Assembly (NCBI GenBank): GCA_022813965.1 | Contig: JALDZS010000138.1 | Span: forward strand, 1-64,000 | DNA from: Toensbergia leucococca | Lineage: Eukaryota | Reading direction: 5' to 3' | DNA length: 64,000 nt | Shown: positions 60,930-64,000 of the stretch, one piece after another | Layout of the letters: each line of letters begins with the position of its first letter | How positions within the stretch are numbered: position 1 is the stretch's first letter | Program-made: the position numbers and the translations under genes | The notes under the pieces: generated by a model | Databases searched by the model: none | The model's input: only the letters and a program-made list of their open reading frames with translations | What the model was told of the DNA's origin: nothing

Positions 60930-62537
60930 GAAGGCGAAGATAAGTGAACGCCTTCAACTTGCAATGCCCATGTGATGTGGATTTATTTGGATTTGGAGGA
61001 CGAATCCGATGCTTCAATCGAGTGTAGTCTTGGCAGTGAATTCTTCCATTTTAGACACGTCTCACTAAGCCTTTTCCTGATCCAGAATCACACTTCTTAT
61101 CGCGCTTCTGCGTCGATGACTCTACAAAAAGCCTGCTATTTGCCACTCATCCATTGTTTCTCTGATGCCTATGTACCATGTCGGAAAAGTACGCTCGATT
61201 ACAATTTATAGCACCAGTGTCGAAGGGGATCGGCCTAATTACTCTCAAGGTGAATTTTTCATATCAGTGGCACTAAGCTCATATCAGACTTGTTTAGCTA
61301 CCCACGGCTTTCAACGGTCAGTGATCTCTCCCTCGTTGCTTCTCAATACCTACGCAGAGACCCGATGGCGGCAGAGGAGCAAAGATATTACGTGCAAGCA
61401 GGTACGAAGTCGACAAGAATGTTTCTACATGAATCTTGGTACCAAACTTCCACTCCGAGGCGTCGAGATGATGCTTGAAAGGTGGCTGAGCTTCCACGCT
61501 CGACTCGTGACGATGTGTTATGCAAGATATGGAGAGCCCTGCGTCCTTCGGCGGCTGTGGGCTAAATAGCTTTCTTTCATTTGTCTTTGTTGTGAAAGCT
61601 TAGGAAGTCGGAAAGGGAGATGACCCCAGATATTTCTTCAGATTTTATAACATGGTATTCTGGCAATCCTCAAAGCCGGTCCAACGCTGTCTAGGGCTGA
61701 CGGCATGGTTTCAGGTAATCAGCATGGGTTGTATCGATCAGCGTCATCAAATGAGGTTGCAATAGCCACTGAGATTCAGGTACAATTTCCTTGACCATTT
61801 CCATTGCTGAGCATCCCCTCCTCTACGAACTATGCCTGTCCCGCCCATTGGTTGACAATCAAATCCCACCGATAGCTGACTCGACTTTAATCCAACAATG
61901 CTATACTACTTCGCACCCTCGACAACTGACGGTCGCAAAACGGATATTAAAGCTCTTTCTTCCATCCTCTGCCCATGATATGATAGAGACTGCAACACGG
62001 TTTAGCCCCTCTCATCATCTCTGCAATATTCCGCGTCTGTACAGTGCATTCAAGTAGCTCGCCTATCAATATTCACCCTAAATCGGCTAAAGAGTATGAT
62101 GATTAGAAATGCCATCCAGAATCTCGGACTTCCAAACAATCCGAACAGCGAAATTAATAATGCACCTTCAACGCAAAGTACATTCTTCGATTAGGGTTAA
62201 TGACCTGCACCTGTGTTTTGCGCCAAAGAGGATGTAATGTTGAAATAAGTGCTGATGCACCCAAATAAAGTCAGGATTGCGGGGCTGGCAAAGTGCACAA
62301 GGCAAAAGGCAAAAGGTGCTGACAAAAGCTGCTCTGACAAATCATCATCCCCTCAGTATGACACGACCAAGCATCTGCATCTATCAAGAGAAGCATAACA
62401 TATAAGAAAACAGGACTCAAGGCCTTCTTTCTCATATTCAATAGCCTTGAGAAAATTCACCTGCGTCTCTTCATCTGCCAAGATCTTCTCAAAACCCAGA
62501 TCTATATTCTTTGTTCTTTACAGAAACACCCTTCACC

Positions 62538-63621
62538 ATGTCGAATGAGGCTGCCTGGATCGAGGAGGCTCACGCCGACGTCAAGATCGGTCCTGCCGAG
62601 AATTACACTCCAGGGTCTGGTCAAGTCCTAGTTAAGATTGAATCCATTGCTTTCAATCCCGTCGAGTCCAAGATTCAAAAGTATTTCCCTTAGAAACCTA
62701 CCGCGACGTCTGAAGGGCCAATATTGATGATTGTTTAGATACGCCATGATGCCCATACCATATCCTTCCATTCTTGGTAGCTCTTTTGCCGGCATTGTCG
62801 AAGAGATCGGTCCTTCTGTCACAAGAGTCAAAGTTGGAGACCATGTCGCTGTCAACAAGACGGGCAAGGCGTTCGGTATTTCTAGCTTCGCCGCCTATCA
62901 GAAGTACTCCCTGGCCGCAGAACCCTCCCTTGCAGTCCTTGACCCAAGCACCTCGTTCGATGATGCCTCGGCGACAGTAGTCAATCTGGCTACCTCTGCA
63001 GCTGCATTATCAATTACTATGGGCTTAGATCGCCCACCGTTGTCTGGGAAAGCTGAGTCAAAGGGAAAGAAACTCCTTGTCTATGGTGGGTCTTCAAGTG
63101 TCGGTGGATACGCCGTCAAATATGCCTCGGATGCTGGATATGAAGTTATCACTACCTCTTCACCTGGGAACAAAGACTTCGTCCAAAGAGCAAGCCCCTC
63201 TCATATCATTGACCACACGCTCCCTCATGATCAGCTTCTGAGCGAGTTGAAATCGTCAGGGCCTTATGACGCTGTCTTTGACACCATCGGCACGCCACCA
63301 GTAACGACACTGATAGTCAAGCTTCTGGGCGAGAAGGGCGGATCATACCACACCACACAGCCACCCCTGGGTCCAGACCCGGTGCCCGAGAACGTGAAAA
63401 GAAACTTTGCCAGTTACTATACCTTGTTTGAGGCAGAAGACAATGAGGAGATGCGGAAGTGGTTCTACGAGAAGTATGTGCCACAGGGATTGAAGGACGG
63501 AAGCATCATTCCTACGAGGCAGATCAAGAAGGAGGGCGGATTGCGGTGCGTGCAGGAGGTGTTGAATGCGTTGCTTGAGGGTGTCAGTGGGAAGAAGTTT
63601 GTCGCGAATCCCCAAGATTGA
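62538..63621 (+). CDS. MDR-superfamily NAD(P)-dependent oxidoreductase (zinc-independent, enoyl reductase-like)
   Basis: AFNPVESK, YPSILGSSFAGIVEEIG, LVYGGSSSVG and GVSGKKFV motifs; one intron ~62681-62738. Confidence 0.88.
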
Positions 63622-64000
63622 GGAAGTTTTCAGAAGGAGTCTTGCTCTCTTCACTCAGATGTAATACTGATAGTCTGCCAGGCTTTAGATTAGTTGTTAT
63701 TTAGCGCATGCAATTCATCTGCAAAATCTTGACACCGCAGATCCCCTCTCACCTTCACCTCAATTTCTAAGCCTTTATCATATCTACATCAAATTTAGTA
63801 CTGTAAGCTTGATAGTCACTGAGAAATCACTCTGAAGCATTTGATAACATCATTCAGTAGATGAGTAACGCTTATAGAGGCTTCAGAGATTTTAACAGTA
63901 ATGATAGTTCTTCTTTCTTAAAATTGACATACTGCAGTCATGACTCACAACGCTGCTAAAATCTATAGATGAGTGATGCTTTTTTACTAAATAATATTCT

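Overview
Intron-rich genomic DNA of a filamentous ascomycete (Pezizomycotina-type short GT-AG introns with CTRAC-like branch sites); the species cannot be fixed from sequence alone. The window holds about 24 genes and pseudogenes. These include BRX1, two WW-domain/prion-like proteins, NCS1 and APC permeases, a HAD hydrolase, a divergent ICL/PEPM-lyase + aconitase-family pair, and a backbone-less cluster (PDR ABC transporter, three P450s, a rhodopsin-domain protein). There are also several frameshifted pseudogenes and four non-autonomous DNA-transposon-like elements. Two loci stand out. The first is a secreted Kex2-processed repeat precursor (16026-16679) carrying four acidic NM[IV]xGL[ND]xW peptide cores. 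The second is a 10-exon, ~1264-aa gene (9945-14317) that splices in frame into kinase + P-loop GTPase + STAND-type helical domain + RhoGAP lacking the arginine finger. All gene models were derived by eye, and family names come from motif recognition, not database searches.
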